A stretch of DNA of 64,000 nucleotides from Candidatus Aenigmatarchaeota archaeon (GCA_043802485.1 JAZDKZ010000006.1:135497-199496); one strand, 5' to 3'; shown: positions 1 through 9,790, counted from the stretch's first letter. Made by a program: numbers and translations. Notes: generated from the sequence alone by a model not told the origin.

Positions 1-216
1 GGTTCTATAAGACTTAGCAAAAAGACCTTGAGCAAGATAAAGCAGAACCTTTTCTGGGCGTTCTTCTACAATACGGCAATGATACCTCTGGCAGCGGGCA
101 TTCTATATCCTTCTTTTGGTATTCTGTTGCCACCGATGGCAGCCGGTTTGGCAATGGTATTCAGCGACATTTCTGTCATTGGCAACTCACTTTTGCTCAA
201 AAAGTTCAAAGTCTGA
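1..216 (+). CDS. P1B-type heavy-metal transporting ATPase, C-terminal fragment (5' end outside the window)
   Basis: The frame is open from nt 1. The peptide ...[29 protein letters not shown]...[13 protein letters not shown] matches the conserved last TM hairpin of CopA/ZntA-type pumps. Stop codon at 214-216. Confidence 0.75.
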   Translation, partial: GSIRLSKKTLSKIKQNLFWAFFYNTAMIPLAAGILYPSFGILLPPMAAGLAMVFSDISVIGNSLLLKKFKV

Positions 217-223
217 GAAATTT

Positions 224-712
224 CTAATTCTTTTTCCATTCTTCTAATTTTTTCCCTCTGATGTATTTGTCTAGCATTTCTAGCTCTTCATATATGCCTT
301 CTATGAGTTCGTAGCTTTTTGCTTCTTCTAACGTGACCCACGCGTACTCTGTTAGGTCTGGGCAGAGCTTTATTTCCTCACCACAATAATCCGCGAAAAG
401 GCTGACAATGACTGTTGGAATTCCATCCTCTCTAACAAATACCATGCTTGTTAAGTATCTTATGTTTTTTATTTCCAAACCAACTTCTTCTAGAACCTCT
501 CTTTTTAATGTTTTTTCAAAAATATTGTACCAGTGCTGGGTTGTGTCTTTGGGTTCGTTAGCATAGTCGTTCATGACTAGTTTGCCTCCGGGCACAGTCC
601 ATTTGTTTGGAAACGCTTTTTCCGTTGCTGCTCTTTTTACAATCAAGAATTTACCATCATTGACTATTATGCCTGTGACAGCTATGTAGTGCGCTTTGTT
701 CTTGTCATACAC
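224..712 (-). CDS. NUDIX hydrolase
   Basis: 162-aa ORF with a Nudix box (GGKL...x...REVLEEVGLE, fitting GX5EX7REUXEEXGU). Confidence 0.85.
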   Translation of the reverse strand: MYDKNKAHYIAVTGIIVNDGKFLIVKRAATEKAFPNKWTVPGGKLVMNDYANEPKDTTQHWYNIFEKTLKREVLEEVGLEIKNIRYLTSMVFVREDGIPTVIVSLFADYCGEEIKLCPDLTEYAWVTLEEAKSYELIEGIYEELEMLDKYIRGKKLEEWKKN

Positions 713-793
713 AATAATAATGATTTTTCTATGAATAAAAATATTCTTCTAACTGGTTTTTTGATAATAATAAAAGAAAAAAGGTAAAAAAAT

Positions 794-1792
794 CTAACAG
801 GATCCGCTAGCAGCTGCAGCAGTTCCTTCCAGAGCTTGAGAACAAGCTGCTGGTGCTTCCGTGAAAGCGTCACAGATAGCCTGCTTGTAGCCTTCTGGTG
901 TTCTTGCCGGGCTGACTCTTACGCCATTGATCATCAAGGTCGGTGAGCCGCTTACGCCATAGATGCTTGCCATGTCTGCGTCCAGTGATATTAACTCAAC
1001 ACTTTCCGAATCAACACAAGTCTTTATCTTTGCCGCGTCAATGCCGTTCTGAGACGCGACATTCTTCCAACAAGGGTCGTATGCTGCGTCGTCTCTGTAC
1101 AAGCTCGAGCATTCTGTGTTTATTCCCATTATATAGTCCCAGAATGTTGCCTGGTCGTAGTACTTCATCACACAGACCTGCCTCAAATCCTCCATAGCCT
1201 CAGGCGCTCCGTGCAAAGATCCGACATCTGCTGGCGTGTCCCCGTTCACATTAACTATGAAACGGACAGTGATGTCTGCCTCGTTACCGAGCAAGTCTAT
1301 CACAGGATCCATCGCAGCCTCTGCCTGCATGCCGTAGGGGCAGAAGGACATTACGTACAAATCCACCTCAGGCCTTGCGGTCTTCACGATCCCAGTTGCC
1401 GGAGGCGTTGTTGCCTCTGCTGTTGGCAATTCCTCTGTTATGTCCAGAGGCGCGGCCAAGAACATGTATTTGCCGTCCATTGTCACGTACACAGGAATGT
1501 TGTTGTCCTGGTAGGAGACAGTGACGTTGTACAAGCCTCCTGCCTCGTCAACAGAAACGAAAGATGCCGTGGTTCCAGGCTGGACCAGATTCGTGTTTAT
1601 GAATCCGACCGCTGCGTCTGAAGCGTCTTCCGAACTTATCTGAGGCGTTGCTCTGCTCGTACCCACCCCGACGATGAAGAAAATGCTCACGCAGAGCAGC
1701 ACTATCAGAGCCAGAGAAACTAACTTCCACCTGTTTGTTTCCTTTTTATGTGTTTTATGTTCTATTTTTTTATGTTCTGCCATGTTTATCAT
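794..1792 (-). CDS. Membrane-anchored thioredoxin-fold / DsbA-like protein
   Basis: 332 aa. N-terminal basic stretch plus a TM helix (WKLVSLALIVLLCVSIFFIVGV). C-terminal DsbA/thioredoxin-like region (DLYVMSFCPYGMQAE ... GSPTLMINGV). The active-site position reads CPYG, so it has a single Cys. Confidence 0.6.
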   Translation of the reverse strand: MINMAEHKKIEHKTHKKETNRWKLVSLALIVLLCVSIFFIVGVGTSRATPQISSEDASDAAVGFINTNLVQPGTTASFVSVDEAGGLYNVTVSYQDNNIPVYVTMDGKYMFLAAPLDITEELPTAEATTPPATGIVKTARPEVDLYVMSFCPYGMQAEAAMDPVIDLLGNEADITVRFIVNVNGDTPADVGSLHGAPEAMEDLRQVCVMKYYDQATFWDYIMGINTECSSLYRDDAAYDPCWKNVASQNGIDAAKIKTCVDSESVELISLDADMASIYGVSGSPTLMINGVRVSPARTPEGYKQAICDAFTEAPAACSQALEGTAAAASGSC

Positions 1793-1885
1793 TGCTTTGA
1801 ATTGTTAAATAATTCTTTAGATAAAGTCAATACCTATAGTTGCTATAAAAAGTATTTAAAGATATTGAAAAATTAAGAGCAAAAC

Positions 1886-2194
1886 CTAATCATCTTCCTC
1901 ATCGCCCTGCAGGTCGTCTTCCAGATGCCCGCTATCATATCCCAGTTCTTCATCTTCTATTTCCTTGATGCCCTCATCTACTTCTTTTTCTGTTTCAGTT
2001 TCTCTCTCGCTCTCATCGTCAGCAGTTTTCTCAGATTCTTCGTCTATTGCCATTTCCTTCAAAGTTTCGTGAGTAGACTTTTCCTTTTTGATCTGCTTTT
2101 CGTTGTAGCATTCCAGACATAGGTCATAGTCCTGCTTTGCCTGCCAGTCCTTTAAAGGAACACCGCATTCTATGCAGTCTTTTTTCGGTTTCAT
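1886..2194 (-). CDS. Small Cys4 zinc-ribbon protein with a long polyacidic C-terminal tail
   Basis: 102 aa. CIECG...CLECY forms two CxxC pairs, followed by about 60 residues rich in E/D. No family recognised. Confidence 0.5.
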   Translation of the reverse strand: MKPKKDCIECGVPLKDWQAKQDYDLCLECYNEKQIKKEKSTHETLKEMAIDEESEKTADDESERETETEKEVDEGIKEIEDEELGYDSGHLEDDLQGDEEDD

Positions 2195-2224
2195 AAGAAT
2201 AATTGCTTTCCGAACGTTTTAAAT

Positions 2225-3091
2225 CTATTTTCTCATTTTTTCCAGAGCATAGATATAAGCGCCCAACAGGCCTATGGTGTCTCCGAGTTTTGTCGGAACG
2301 ATTGACGGAACCTTGTTTAGCGTGTATTTTTCTATCTCCTTTCTGCTAGGTATTATTCTTTTGAACTGCTCGACTCCCATGGAGCCCATTATCACTATTG
2401 TGTCCACGGAGAAAGCGTTCAGCATGTTGCCGATTCCCTGAGCATTATAGTCTCGTATGAGACTAACAGCCTTTTTATTAGTTCTGTAAAAGTCGTTGAA
2501 AGACATGTTTTTCTTCTTCATCTTCTCGACTGCCAAGCCGCTGGACATTGCCACCCAACAGCCTTTTCTTCCACAGTTGCATCTCTTAGCCTTTTTAGAG
2601 TATCTTTCTAGTATGTCGTGCCCGAACTCTCCGTAGAAGCTATCGACGGTCTTTCCGTTTATGACAAGTCCAGAACCTATGCCAGTGCTTATGGTTATAA
2701 TATAAAAGTTTTTTGTCTTCTTGCCGACTCCGAATTTAAGTTCGGCCCTTGCCGCAGCTTTCATGTCGTTTATGAGAAATATAGGTTCCTTGATTTTTTT
2801 GCTCAGCTTCTTTGCAACGTCCACACCTTTGATTTTCATGGCAGGAGCTTCCACCAGAATATTGTTCTTTACAGGTCCTGGGAGAGCGATTGACACAGAA
2901 ATGACATTAAAACCTGAAGGTATATAGTTTCTCAGAAGCTTTGACATCTTTGCTATCTGTTCAATGAAAAACAGCGGCTTTTTTCTGGCAGTTCTGCAAT
3001 GCGCTGTCCTGACAAAGGTGCCGTTCTTCTTTATCAGCGCGCCCCTGATGTTGGTCCCGCCAACATCATAGCATTCTACTAGGTATGTCAT
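2225..3091 (-). CDS. ROK-family sugar kinase (glucokinase-like)
   Basis: 288 aa. N-terminal DVGGTNIRGA ATP-binding motif and the ROK zinc motif CNCGRKGCW. Confidence 0.8.
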   Translation of the reverse strand: MTYLVECYDVGGTNIRGALIKKNGTFVRTAHCRTARKKPLFFIEQIAKMSKLLRNYIPSGFNVISVSIALPGPVKNNILVEAPAMKIKGVDVAKKLSKKIKEPIFLINDMKAAARAELKFGVGKKTKNFYIITISTGIGSGLVINGKTVDSFYGEFGHDILERYSKKAKRCNCGRKGCWVAMSSGLAVEKMKKKNMSFNDFYRTNKKAVSLIRDYNAQGIGNMLNAFSVDTIVIMGSMGVEQFKRIIPSRKEIEKYTLNKVPSIVPTKLGDTIGLLGAYIYALEKMRK

Positions 3092-3143
3092 AATAATTAT
3101 TTGCCCAGTTTATAATATATACCAAGAAGCCGATAACTAAAAT

Positions 3144-4328
3144 ATGAAATATGCTGACCGCATCAAAAGGATGAAGGCGTCCGAGATAAGAGAGATGCTT
3201 GCTCTTGTTCACAGACCAGGCATGATATCCTTCGGAGGTGGCATGCCGAGTCCTGATTCCTTTCCTGTCAGCACCATCAAGAGGCTTGCCAACAAGGTTC
3301 TGAACGAGCACGGTCCTGATGCCTTGCAGTACGGCTCGACCGAAGGTTACATGAAGCTGAGGGAGGAGATAGTGAAGAAGAGCAGGAAAAGAGGAATAAA
3401 ATGTGATATTGGAAATGTAATTGTGACAGCCGGTTCTCAGCAGGTTCTTGACCTGACTGCCAAAATCTTTCTCAACCCAAAGGATTATGTTTTCATAGAA
3501 TCTCCCACCTATATGGGAGCTTTAGTGGCTTTCAACTGCTACCAGCCCAAATACATCGGAGTTACGATGGACGATCAGGGCATGATTACGGATGAGCTTG
3601 AAAGAAAATTAAAGGGGATAAGAAGGTGCAAGATGGACTTTGTCTACACCGTGCCCACGTTTCAGAACCCCTCTGGAGTTACAATGTCCTTGGAAAGGAG
3701 AAAGCACCTGCTGGAGATTGCTGAAGAGCACGACCTGTTCATCCTGGAGGACGATGCCTATTCTGATTTGAGATATTCTGGCAAGCCTGTTAGGTCGATG
3801 AAAAGCATGGACAAGAACAATCGCGTTCTTTATACTCATACCCTTTCCAAGACCTTGGCGCCTGGCTTCAGGCTGGGTTATGTGATAGCCGACAAAGAAA
3901 GAATCAAGAAATTAGGCATAGCAAAGCAGGCCTCCGACATCTGCACCAATGTCTTTGCCCAGTATATTGCTTACGAATACCTGAAGCAGGGCATGATAGA
4001 CAGGCAGCTGAAGAAAATAAAGAAGATGTACAAGAAGAAGTTGGATGCGATGCTCAACGCTTTGGAGAAACACTTCCCAGAGGGCTGTGAATGGACAAGG
4101 CCTGAGGGAGGCATGTTCATATGGGCTACTCTGCCATCCAAAATAGACACAAGGGAGTTGTTTGTGCAAGCTGTAAAGGAGAATGTCATCTTTGTCCATG
4201 GTTCTGTTTTCAGGGTGGACGGCAAAGGCCATAACACGATGCGTCTGAACTTTACCAACACTAGCGAAAGGAAGATAGATATAGGTGTGAAGAGACTTGG
4301 AAATCTTATCAAAAGGAAGATGAAATAA
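3144..4328 (+). CDS. Fold-type I PLP-dependent aminotransferase (ARO8/LysN-like)
   Basis: 394 aa. Carries SFGGGMPSPDSFP, FQNPSG and TLSKTLAPGFRLGY (PLP lysine context). Lies directly upstream of iorAB. Confidence 0.85.
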   Translation: MKYADRIKRMKASEIREMLALVHRPGMISFGGGMPSPDSFPVSTIKRLANKVLNEHGPDALQYGSTEGYMKLREEIVKKSRKRGIKCDIGNVIVTAGSQQVLDLTAKIFLNPKDYVFIESPTYMGALVAFNCYQPKYIGVTMDDQGMITDELERKLKGIRRCKMDFVYTVPTFQNPSGVTMSLERRKHLLEIAEEHDLFILEDDAYSDLRYSGKPVRSMKSMDKNNRVLYTHTLSKTLAPGFRLGYVIADKERIKKLGIAKQASDICTNVFAQYIAYEYLKQGMIDRQLKKIKKMYKKKLDAMLNALEKHFPEGCEWTRPEGGMFIWATLPSKIDTRELFVQAVKENVIFVHGSVFRVDGKGHNTMRLNFTNTSERKIDIGVKRLGNLIKRKMK

Positions 4329-4356
4329 TTTTATATAACGGAAGTGTATTAATTAT

Positions 4357-6225
4357 ATGCACAACGTCCTTGAGAAAACAGGGAAGAAAGTTCTCCTTCT
4401 AGGCAACGAGGCAATAGTGAGGGGGGCGTTGGAGTCTGGGGTCGGATTAGCTTCTACTTATCCTGGCACGCCGTCATCCGAGATAGGCTCGACCTTTGCG
4501 AAGATAGCAAAGGAAGTCGGCATCTATTTCGAGTACTCGACTAATGAAAAAGTTGCTTTGGAAGTATCAGCAGGAGCTGCTTTGTCTGGCGTCAAATCAA
4601 TGGCTTTCTTCAAGCATTTTGGTTTGAATGTTGCCTGCGAGAGCGTCTTTCCTCTGGCATATGCAGGAGTAAAGGCAGGCATGGTTATAGTTGTTACAGA
4701 CGACCCGTCAGGCCACAGCTCGGGGCAGAGCGAGGAGGACACAAGAGCTTTTGCAAGGATAGCTCACCTGCCAATGCTGGAGCCGGCCAATGCCCAGGAA
4801 TGCGTTGATTTTGTCAAGGAGGCCTACCGAATTTCTGATTTATTCAAGCTTCCTGTTTTCATAAGAACCACCACCAGAGTTTCCCACATGAGGAGCGTTA
4901 TCAAGCTAGGTAAGATAATCAAAGGAAAGACCAAGGGCAAGTTCATAAAAGATGTCGCTTTCAAGGCGTTCCCGCCTTTCGTAATTGATACACATAGAGA
5001 CTTGCACGGCAAACTGGAAGCATTGGGTAAGGTTTCTGACAAGTCTCCGTTAAACTTTATCATCAACAAGAATGCAAAGAGCAAGACAGGGATTATAGTT
5101 ACTGGCGTCTCGTTCGATTATGTGATGGACGCCATGACTGATTTGAAAGTCAAGATGCCTGTTCTCAAGATAGGTTTTACCTATCCTCTGCCTGACAAGT
5201 TGATAAGTAATTTCATCAAAAAGTTCAATCAGGTTCTTATCGTTGAAGAGCTGGAGCCTTTCATAGAGAATCATGTCAAGATTCTTGCGAAGGAGGTCAA
5301 TCCCAAACTCAAGGTTTTTGGCAAGGCGGATGAGCACTTTCCATACCAGGGCGAATACAACGAGGAAATGCTTGTCAACGCTTTGAGCAGGGTTACAGGG
5401 AAGAAGTACAGGTTTGATCTGGCAGCCCACAAGAAAATGTACCAGAAGATAAAGGAGCCGAAAAGAACGCCTCTGTTCTGTGCAGGCTGTCCGCACAGAG
5501 CCACATTCTACGCAGCAAAGCAGGCTACAAAGGGTATGGACGTTGTCTATGGAGGAGATGTCGGCTGCTATCTGCTTGGTATATTCAAGCCGTATGAGGA
5601 GCAGGATTTCATGTTTTCGATGGGAGCCAGCGAAGGTATTTGTCATGGCATCATAAAATCAACTGACCAGAAGGCAATAGCCTTTGTAGGAGACTCGACG
5701 TTCTTCCATGCAGGCATGCCTGGAGTAGTTAATGCTGTTTTTAACAAGTCTAATATGTTGGTAATTGTTTTAGATAACAGGATAACTGCTATGACTGGCC
5801 ATCAGAATAATCCGAGTACTGGTATAACAGCTATGGGAGAACTAACCAAAGAGGTAAGGATAGAGGAAATTGTAAAGGGTATGGGAGTCGAGGACGTTAG
5901 GGTTGTTGATCCGTTCAATGTCAATTTGATGATAAAGACAATCAGAGAGATGTTGCAGAACGACAAGGTTTCTGTTCTGGTCGCCAAGAGAGAGTGTCAA
6001 TTGTTGGTAATGAGGAAAAGAAAGAGGCAAGGCATCAAGACAGTAAAGTTTGAGATTGACCAAAAGGTTTGCAAGAACATTGAGAAATGCCTAAAGGAAC
6101 TAGCATGCCCTGCAATAATGAAGAAGAAAGACAGTGTGGTTATTGACAAGAACATCTGTACAGGCTGTTCGGTCTGCGCTCAGATATGCCCTGCCAAGGC
6201 GATAAAGCCGGTGAAAGCGAAATGA
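4357..6225 (+). CDS. iorA: Indolepyruvate:ferredoxin oxidoreductase, alpha subunit
   Basis: 622 aa. Has a TPP-binding region (GDSTFFHAG) and a C-terminal 2x[4Fe-4S] ferredoxin domain (CTGCSVCAQICP). The iorB partner follows with an ATGA overlap. Confidence 0.9.
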   Translation: MHNVLEKTGKKVLLLGNEAIVRGALESGVGLASTYPGTPSSEIGSTFAKIAKEVGIYFEYSTNEKVALEVSAGAALSGVKSMAFFKHFGLNVACESVFPLAYAGVKAGMVIVVTDDPSGHSSGQSEEDTRAFARIAHLPMLEPANAQECVDFVKEAYRISDLFKLPVFIRTTTRVSHMRSVIKLGKIIKGKTKGKFIKDVAFKAFPPFVIDTHRDLHGKLEALGKVSDKSPLNFIINKNAKSKTGIIVTGVSFDYVMDAMTDLKVKMPVLKIGFTYPLPDKLISNFIKKFNQVLIVEELEPFIENHVKILAKEVNPKLKVFGKADEHFPYQGEYNEEMLVNALSRVTGKKYRFDLAAHKKMYQKIKEPKRTPLFCAGCPHRATFYAAKQATKGMDVVYGGDVGCYLLGIFKPYEEQDFMFSMGASEGICHGIIKSTDQKAIAFVGDSTFFHAGMPGVVNAVFNKSNMLVIVLDNRITAMTGHQNNPSTGITAMGELTKEVRIEEIVKGMGVEDVRVVDPFNVNLMIKTIREMLQNDKVSVLVAKRECQLLVMRKRKRQGIKTVKFEIDQKVCKNIEKCLKELACPAIMKKKDSVVIDKNICTGCSVCAQICPAKAIKPVKAK

Positions 6226-6818
6226 AAGAATACAATGTTATTGTTACTGGTGTTGGAGGCCTAGGGGCTATGACTCTTGGAACCGTCATAGCTCAAGCAG
6301 CTTTGAAACAGGGATATGATGTGAGGACTTCCGAGCTTCATGGTCTGGCGCAAAGAGGCGGAAGCATGCTGCTGCATTTGAGAATCGGCAAGAAGCTGTA
6401 CACGCCGCTGGTTCTGGAAGGGGAGGCTAATCTCGTTATTGCTCTTGAGCCTCTGGAGGCTCTGAGAACTACATACTTTGGCTCAAAGAAACAGAAGACT
6501 ACATTCCTTATTGATAATTTCATCCTTCCTCCAATGACTGTTTCGGTTCTAGGAGAGGAATACCCAACCATGAAGAGCATTGTCAAAAAGATAAAGCCCT
6601 TTGCAGGGAAGGTAATAACTCTCGATGCTTCAGATATTGTTGAGAAGGAGACAGGTTCTATAATAGCATCAAATATCTTTGTCTTCGGCTATACCATCGG
6701 CAAGAAGCTGCTGCCGATAAAGAAGAAGTTTGCTCTTGAGGCTTTGGCAGAGGTTGTGCCTCCGAAATACCTGGAAATGAACAAGAAAGTCTTTGAGATG
6801 GGCTTGAATCACAAATAG
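6222..6818 (+). CDS. iorB: Indolepyruvate:ferredoxin oxidoreductase, beta subunit
   Basis: The start was moved to ATG 6222, which overlaps the iorA stop as ATGA. MKEYNVIVTGVGGLG...SELHGLAQRGG is typical of IorB / pyruvate-ferredoxin oxidoreductase gamma-like subunits. Confidence 0.85.
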   Translation: MKEYNVIVTGVGGLGAMTLGTVIAQAALKQGYDVRTSELHGLAQRGGSMLLHLRIGKKLYTPLVLEGEANLVIALEPLEALRTTYFGSKKQKTTFLIDNFILPPMTVSVLGEEYPTMKSIVKKIKPFAGKVITLDASDIVEKETGSIIASNIFVFGYTIGKKLLPIKKKFALEALAEVVPPKYLEMNKKVFEMGLNHK

Positions 6819-6820
6819 TT

Positions 6821-7051
6821 CTACCAGTTCTCTTCTGTCTCGCTATCCAGCTCTTCCACCATCTCTTTCAGCTCTTCCTTTTCCATCTCGTCTGTGTCAT
6901 CCTTTCTTTCCAAAAGAGAGGCGCTTATGTCGCCGAACTTTTGCATGGGCCTGTCGCAGCATATCAGGGTGCCGCCGCCCACGCTCACCATCTCTACCAC
7001 GTTGCCGCAGACATTGCACTTGTACTTGTCACCGACGTTCTTGGTGCTCAT
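6821..7051 (-). CDS. Desulforedoxin-domain protein with an acidic C-terminal tail
   Basis: 76 aa from the internal ATG at 7049-7051. YKCNVCGNVVEMVSVGGGTLICCDRPM is the Dx-type CxxC...CC iron site. The tail is E/D-rich. A BRE/TATA-like box lies about 35 nt upstream. Confidence 0.6.
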   Translation of the reverse strand: MSTKNVGDKYKCNVCGNVVEMVSVGGGTLICCDRPMQKFGDISASLLERKDDTDEMEKEELKEMVEELDSETEENW

Positions 7052-7083
7052 AATATAGATGTTTTGTTCCAAGTTCTTAAATT

Positions 7084-7097
7084 TTGCTATAAGCTTT
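7084..7097 (-). promoter_or_regulatory. BRE/TATA-like promoter box for the desulforedoxin-like gene
   Basis: The coding strand reads AAAGCTTATAGCAA about 35-40 nt upstream of ATG 7051. It fits the box recurring across the window. Confidence 0.4.
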
Positions 7098-7187
7098 AAA
7101 TTCCGGCTTTTCCATATCTTTAATATGGACAAGCTTGAAATTATTGAAGAATTGGAAGACCATGATCTTTTGATATTCCACTACTGA

Positions 7188-7769
7188 TTAATCTACCAGA
7201 CCTTTTTCTAAGCAGTGTTTCATGAACTGGTAGATGTTCTTTTTGGATTTTATCCATAAAGGTTCCAGTTCAATTGACTTGTCTATCGCGGCTTTATAGA
7301 GCTTATTATTCAGTTCAGATTTCACATAGCCTTTGTATTTCGGGAACAATTCTTCTGCTATTCTGTTAAGAACAAGATAAACAGGTATATGTGTGAAGGT
7401 TTTGGGATTTTTTGATTTGTTGATAAGATATCTGAATTTTATTGGAGTGTTATAGTGTATGAGTTCATGAGTCAGAAGTTTTATTCTCCAGTTATTATCA
7501 CCCATTTTTACTGTTAATGGTGACGAAATGCCTGCTGCAGGCTTTGGTAAATCTTCAACAATAAAACAATTTATTTCCTTTAATTTCCAATCGAAACCAT
7601 TATACTTTTCTATCCTGTTCAGTATCTTCTTTTCCTTCTTTCTCCAATCCGTTTCAAATTTTTTAGACCACTTTTTTACTTTTTGCAGGTCCTTTTCAGT
7701 ATAATTCTTCCCAACATTTCCCGTTAAAACCATATTATAAGATAATGACACTATGAATTTGACTTTCAT
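7188..7769 (-). CDS. Hypothetical protein with an HExxH motif
   Basis: 193-aa ORF. The only recognisable element is LLTHELIHYN (a possible zinc-metallopeptidase motif). It looks AT-richer than its neighbours. Confidence 0.45.
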   Translation of the reverse strand: MKVKFIVSLSYNMVLTGNVGKNYTEKDLQKVKKWSKKFETDWRKKEKKILNRIEKYNGFDWKLKEINCFIVEDLPKPAAGISSPLTVKMGDNNWRIKLLTHELIHYNTPIKFRYLINKSKNPKTFTHIPVYLVLNRIAEELFPKYKGYVKSELNNKLYKAAIDKSIELEPLWIKSKKNIYQFMKHCLEKGLVD

Positions 7770-7857
7770 TTTATCATCTACTCATAATATGATTCGTTCA
7801 AGTCCCCTATTGTTGCCGCAGATATTACAACGGTATACCTGCTTTTGTACTGTCATG

Positions 7858-8433
7858 CTAATACTCTTCACACTTGAGCTGATAGTAGCTTCTTGGATGG
7901 CCGCAAGCCGGGCACTTTAGCGGTGGCTCCTTGCCGAAATGCGCGTAGCCGCATTCCCTACATATCCACCAGACTTCCTTGTCCTTCTTGAAGACTGTCC
8001 CCTCTTCCAACTGCTTCAAAATTTTCAGGTATCTTTCCTCATGATGCTTTTCTGCAACAGCTATCGACCTTAGCCTTGCCGCAATCTCGGGAAAGCCCTC
8101 CTTTTCTGCAATGTCTGCGAATCCAGGGTACATCTTGGTGTGTTCATAGTTCTCTCCTGCTATCGCTGCCTTGAGGTTTTCCTTTGTCGTACCCAAAGTT
8201 GTGGGCGCTGCTGCTTCTATGATTATCTCGTCCATTCCCTTGTCTTTCAGTTCGTTTATCAGCTTGAAGAGCCAGCTCGCGTGCTCCTTCTCATTGTCTG
8301 CGGTTATCAAGAAGATTTCTGCGATTTGCTCGAAACCTTCTTTCTTCGCAATTTTCGAATAGAAGGTGTACCTGTTTCTTGCCTGGCATTCGCCGATAAA
8401 GGCCTTTGTCAAATTTTTTATAGTCTCATTCAT
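7858..8433 (-). CDS. rbr: Rubrerythrin
   Basis: 191 aa. Ferritin-like diiron domain (ExxH motifs) plus a C-terminal rubredoxin-like CRECG...CPACG. Confidence 0.9.
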   Translation of the reverse strand: MNETIKNLTKAFIGECQARNRYTFYSKIAKKEGFEQIAEIFLITADNEKEHASWLFKLINELKDKGMDEIIIEAAAPTTLGTTKENLKAAIAGENYEHTKMYPGFADIAEKEGFPEIAARLRSIAVAEKHHEERYLKILKQLEEGTVFKKDKEVWWICRECGYAHFGKEPPLKCPACGHPRSYYQLKCEEY

Positions 8434-8502
8434 TTTTTCACCTGCTTAATTAACATAAGAAAATATAGAATATAATTAGATTTCAGAAGTTTTTATAAGT
8501 TT

Positions 8503-8853
8503 CTAAAGTTCACAACCTGACAAGTTTGATAAGTTTTGCAGTGTCTTTTCTCCGGGGTAGTTGCTGTCGTCTATCCTCCATGTGGGATAGCCCTCGACTC
8601 CTGCGTTGTCGCAAAGCAGTTTGTTCTGGTCGCAGTCCACAAAATCCACATACTTGAAAGAGCTACCAAACATATCTTTCTGATTGTTGCAATGGCTGCA
8701 CCAACTAGTACCGTACATTGTCGCTCCATTCTCTGTCAGGCATTTGGCAAACTCGTCATAGTTTCCACCAGAATCTGCAGAGAAAATAAACCATATAATA
8801 ACTATTATGGCGATTAACACAATAAGCAAGAAGTACTTTATATTATTTTTCAT
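8503..8853 (-). CDS. Membrane-anchored thioredoxin-like protein (VKOR-associated Trx-domain type)
   Basis: 116 aa. N-terminal TM helix, then MYGTSWCSHCNNQKDMFG...VDCD...GVEGYPTW. This resembles the Trx-like domain that is fused to VKOR in other organisms. Confidence 0.6.
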   Translation of the reverse strand: MKNNIKYFLLIVLIAIIVIIWFIFSADSGGNYDEFAKCLTENGATMYGTSWCSHCNNQKDMFGSSFKYVDFVDCDQNKLLCDNAGVEGYPTWRIDDSNYPGEKTLQNLSNLSGCEL

Positions 8854-9188
8854 TACAAGTAACCTTTTACTTTAGAATTCAAGACATCATAGGGCATTGC
8901 CCCTATTATCTTGTCAACTAGTTTGCCTTCCTTGAAGACAAGAAGGGTTGGTATGCTCATTACCTCGTATTTTCCAGGGATCATGCTGTTCTCGTCAATA
9001 TTAAGTTTTCCAAAGACTATCTTTCCCTTGTGTTCCTGAACCAGCTTCTCTATCATGGGTGCTAACATCTTACAAGGTGGGCACCACTCTGCCCAGCAGT
9101 CCAGAATAAACATGGGGTACTTGTCCATCTCTTCTTTGAAATTCTCATCCGTTACCTTCAATACTCCGTCTGGAAAATCAGAAACCAT
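8853..9188 (-). CDS. trxA: Thioredoxin
   Basis: 111 aa with a WCPPC active site and a classical Trx layout (IPTLLVFKEGK). Confidence 0.85.
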   Translation of the reverse strand: MVSDFPDGVLKVTDENFKEEMDKYPMFILDCWAEWCPPCKMLAPMIEKLVQEHKGKIVFGKLNIDENSMIPGKYEVMSIPTLLVFKEGKLVDKIIGAMPYDVLNSKVKGYL

Positions 9189-9203
9189 AAAAATCTTTAC
9201 ACT

Positions 9204-9503
9204 TTATCTTTTAAAAAGCTTATAATCTCCGCCTTGAATCCTTATGGCTTTGCCCTTTACAATAGCTTCTGAGACCTTCTTTCTGGCAGAACTTAATAAT
9301 CTAAAAAAAGTGGGTTGGGATATATTCATTTTCTTAGCTGCGGTTTCCTGATCGTTGCCTTCTATATCCTTTAGTCGAAGCGCCTCAAGCTCTTCGATGG
9401 TCAGTATTATCTCTTCAAGCTCCCTTACAGGTATTCCTGCTGGCTTGAAATAGGTTGTGTCAGGCTGGAATCTGACATGCCTGCATTTTTTTGGTCTTGG
9501 CAT
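9204..9503 (-). CDS. DUF134 (UPF0251) predicted DNA-binding protein
   Basis: 99 aa. [14 protein letters not shown]...FKPAGIP...[13 protein letters not shown]...SQPTFFRLL is the DUF134 signature with a sigma-70 region-4-like HTH. Confidence 0.8.
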   Translation of the reverse strand: MPRPKKCRHVRFQPDTTYFKPAGIPVRELEEIILTIEELEALRLKDIEGNDQETAAKKMNISQPTFFRLLSSARKKVSEAIVKGKAIRIQGGDYKLFKR

Positions 9504-9531
9504 AAACCTATTTCTTATTATGAATATATAT

Positions 9532-9774
9532 TTATTTCAGTTCTTCCAGTCTCTTGTCTATTTCTGCTAACGCTGTTTTGATGTCTTCTTTCTCTACTTT
9601 CAGCATCTCTATCTCTTCTTCTTTTGTCGGCCTTCTATAGGCCATTCCGTAACCAGACCCTCTGAAGCCCATACCTCTTCCAAATCCTCTACCGAAGCCT
9701 CTTCCACAAGGTCCTAGGCCTCTTCCGGTCAATGGTCCTCTTCCTTCTGGTCCTGTTCCGTCTCTCCATGGCAT
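9532..9774 (-). CDS. DUF5320 domain protein
   Basis: The start was moved to ATG 9772-9774 ([24 protein letters not shown]). It is preceded by AGGAGGTG at a 6-nt spacing. The track start at 9783 is a GTG inside that Shine-Dalgarno sequence. Confidence 0.75.
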   Translation of the reverse strand: MPWRDGTGPEGRGPLTGRGLGPCGRGFGRGFGRGMGFRGSGYGMAYRRPTKEEEIEMLKVEKEDIKTALAEIDKRLEELK

Positions 9775-9790
9775 CCTTTTCACCTCCTTT

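Noticed and set aside
943-1730. ORFs 943-1197, 1211-1621 (+) and 1548-1730 (-) overlapping the DsbA-like gene.
   Set aside because: These overlapping alternative frames have Arg/Cys/His-rich unnatural composition. The 332-aa frame has a coherent TM helix plus thioredoxin-fold architecture.
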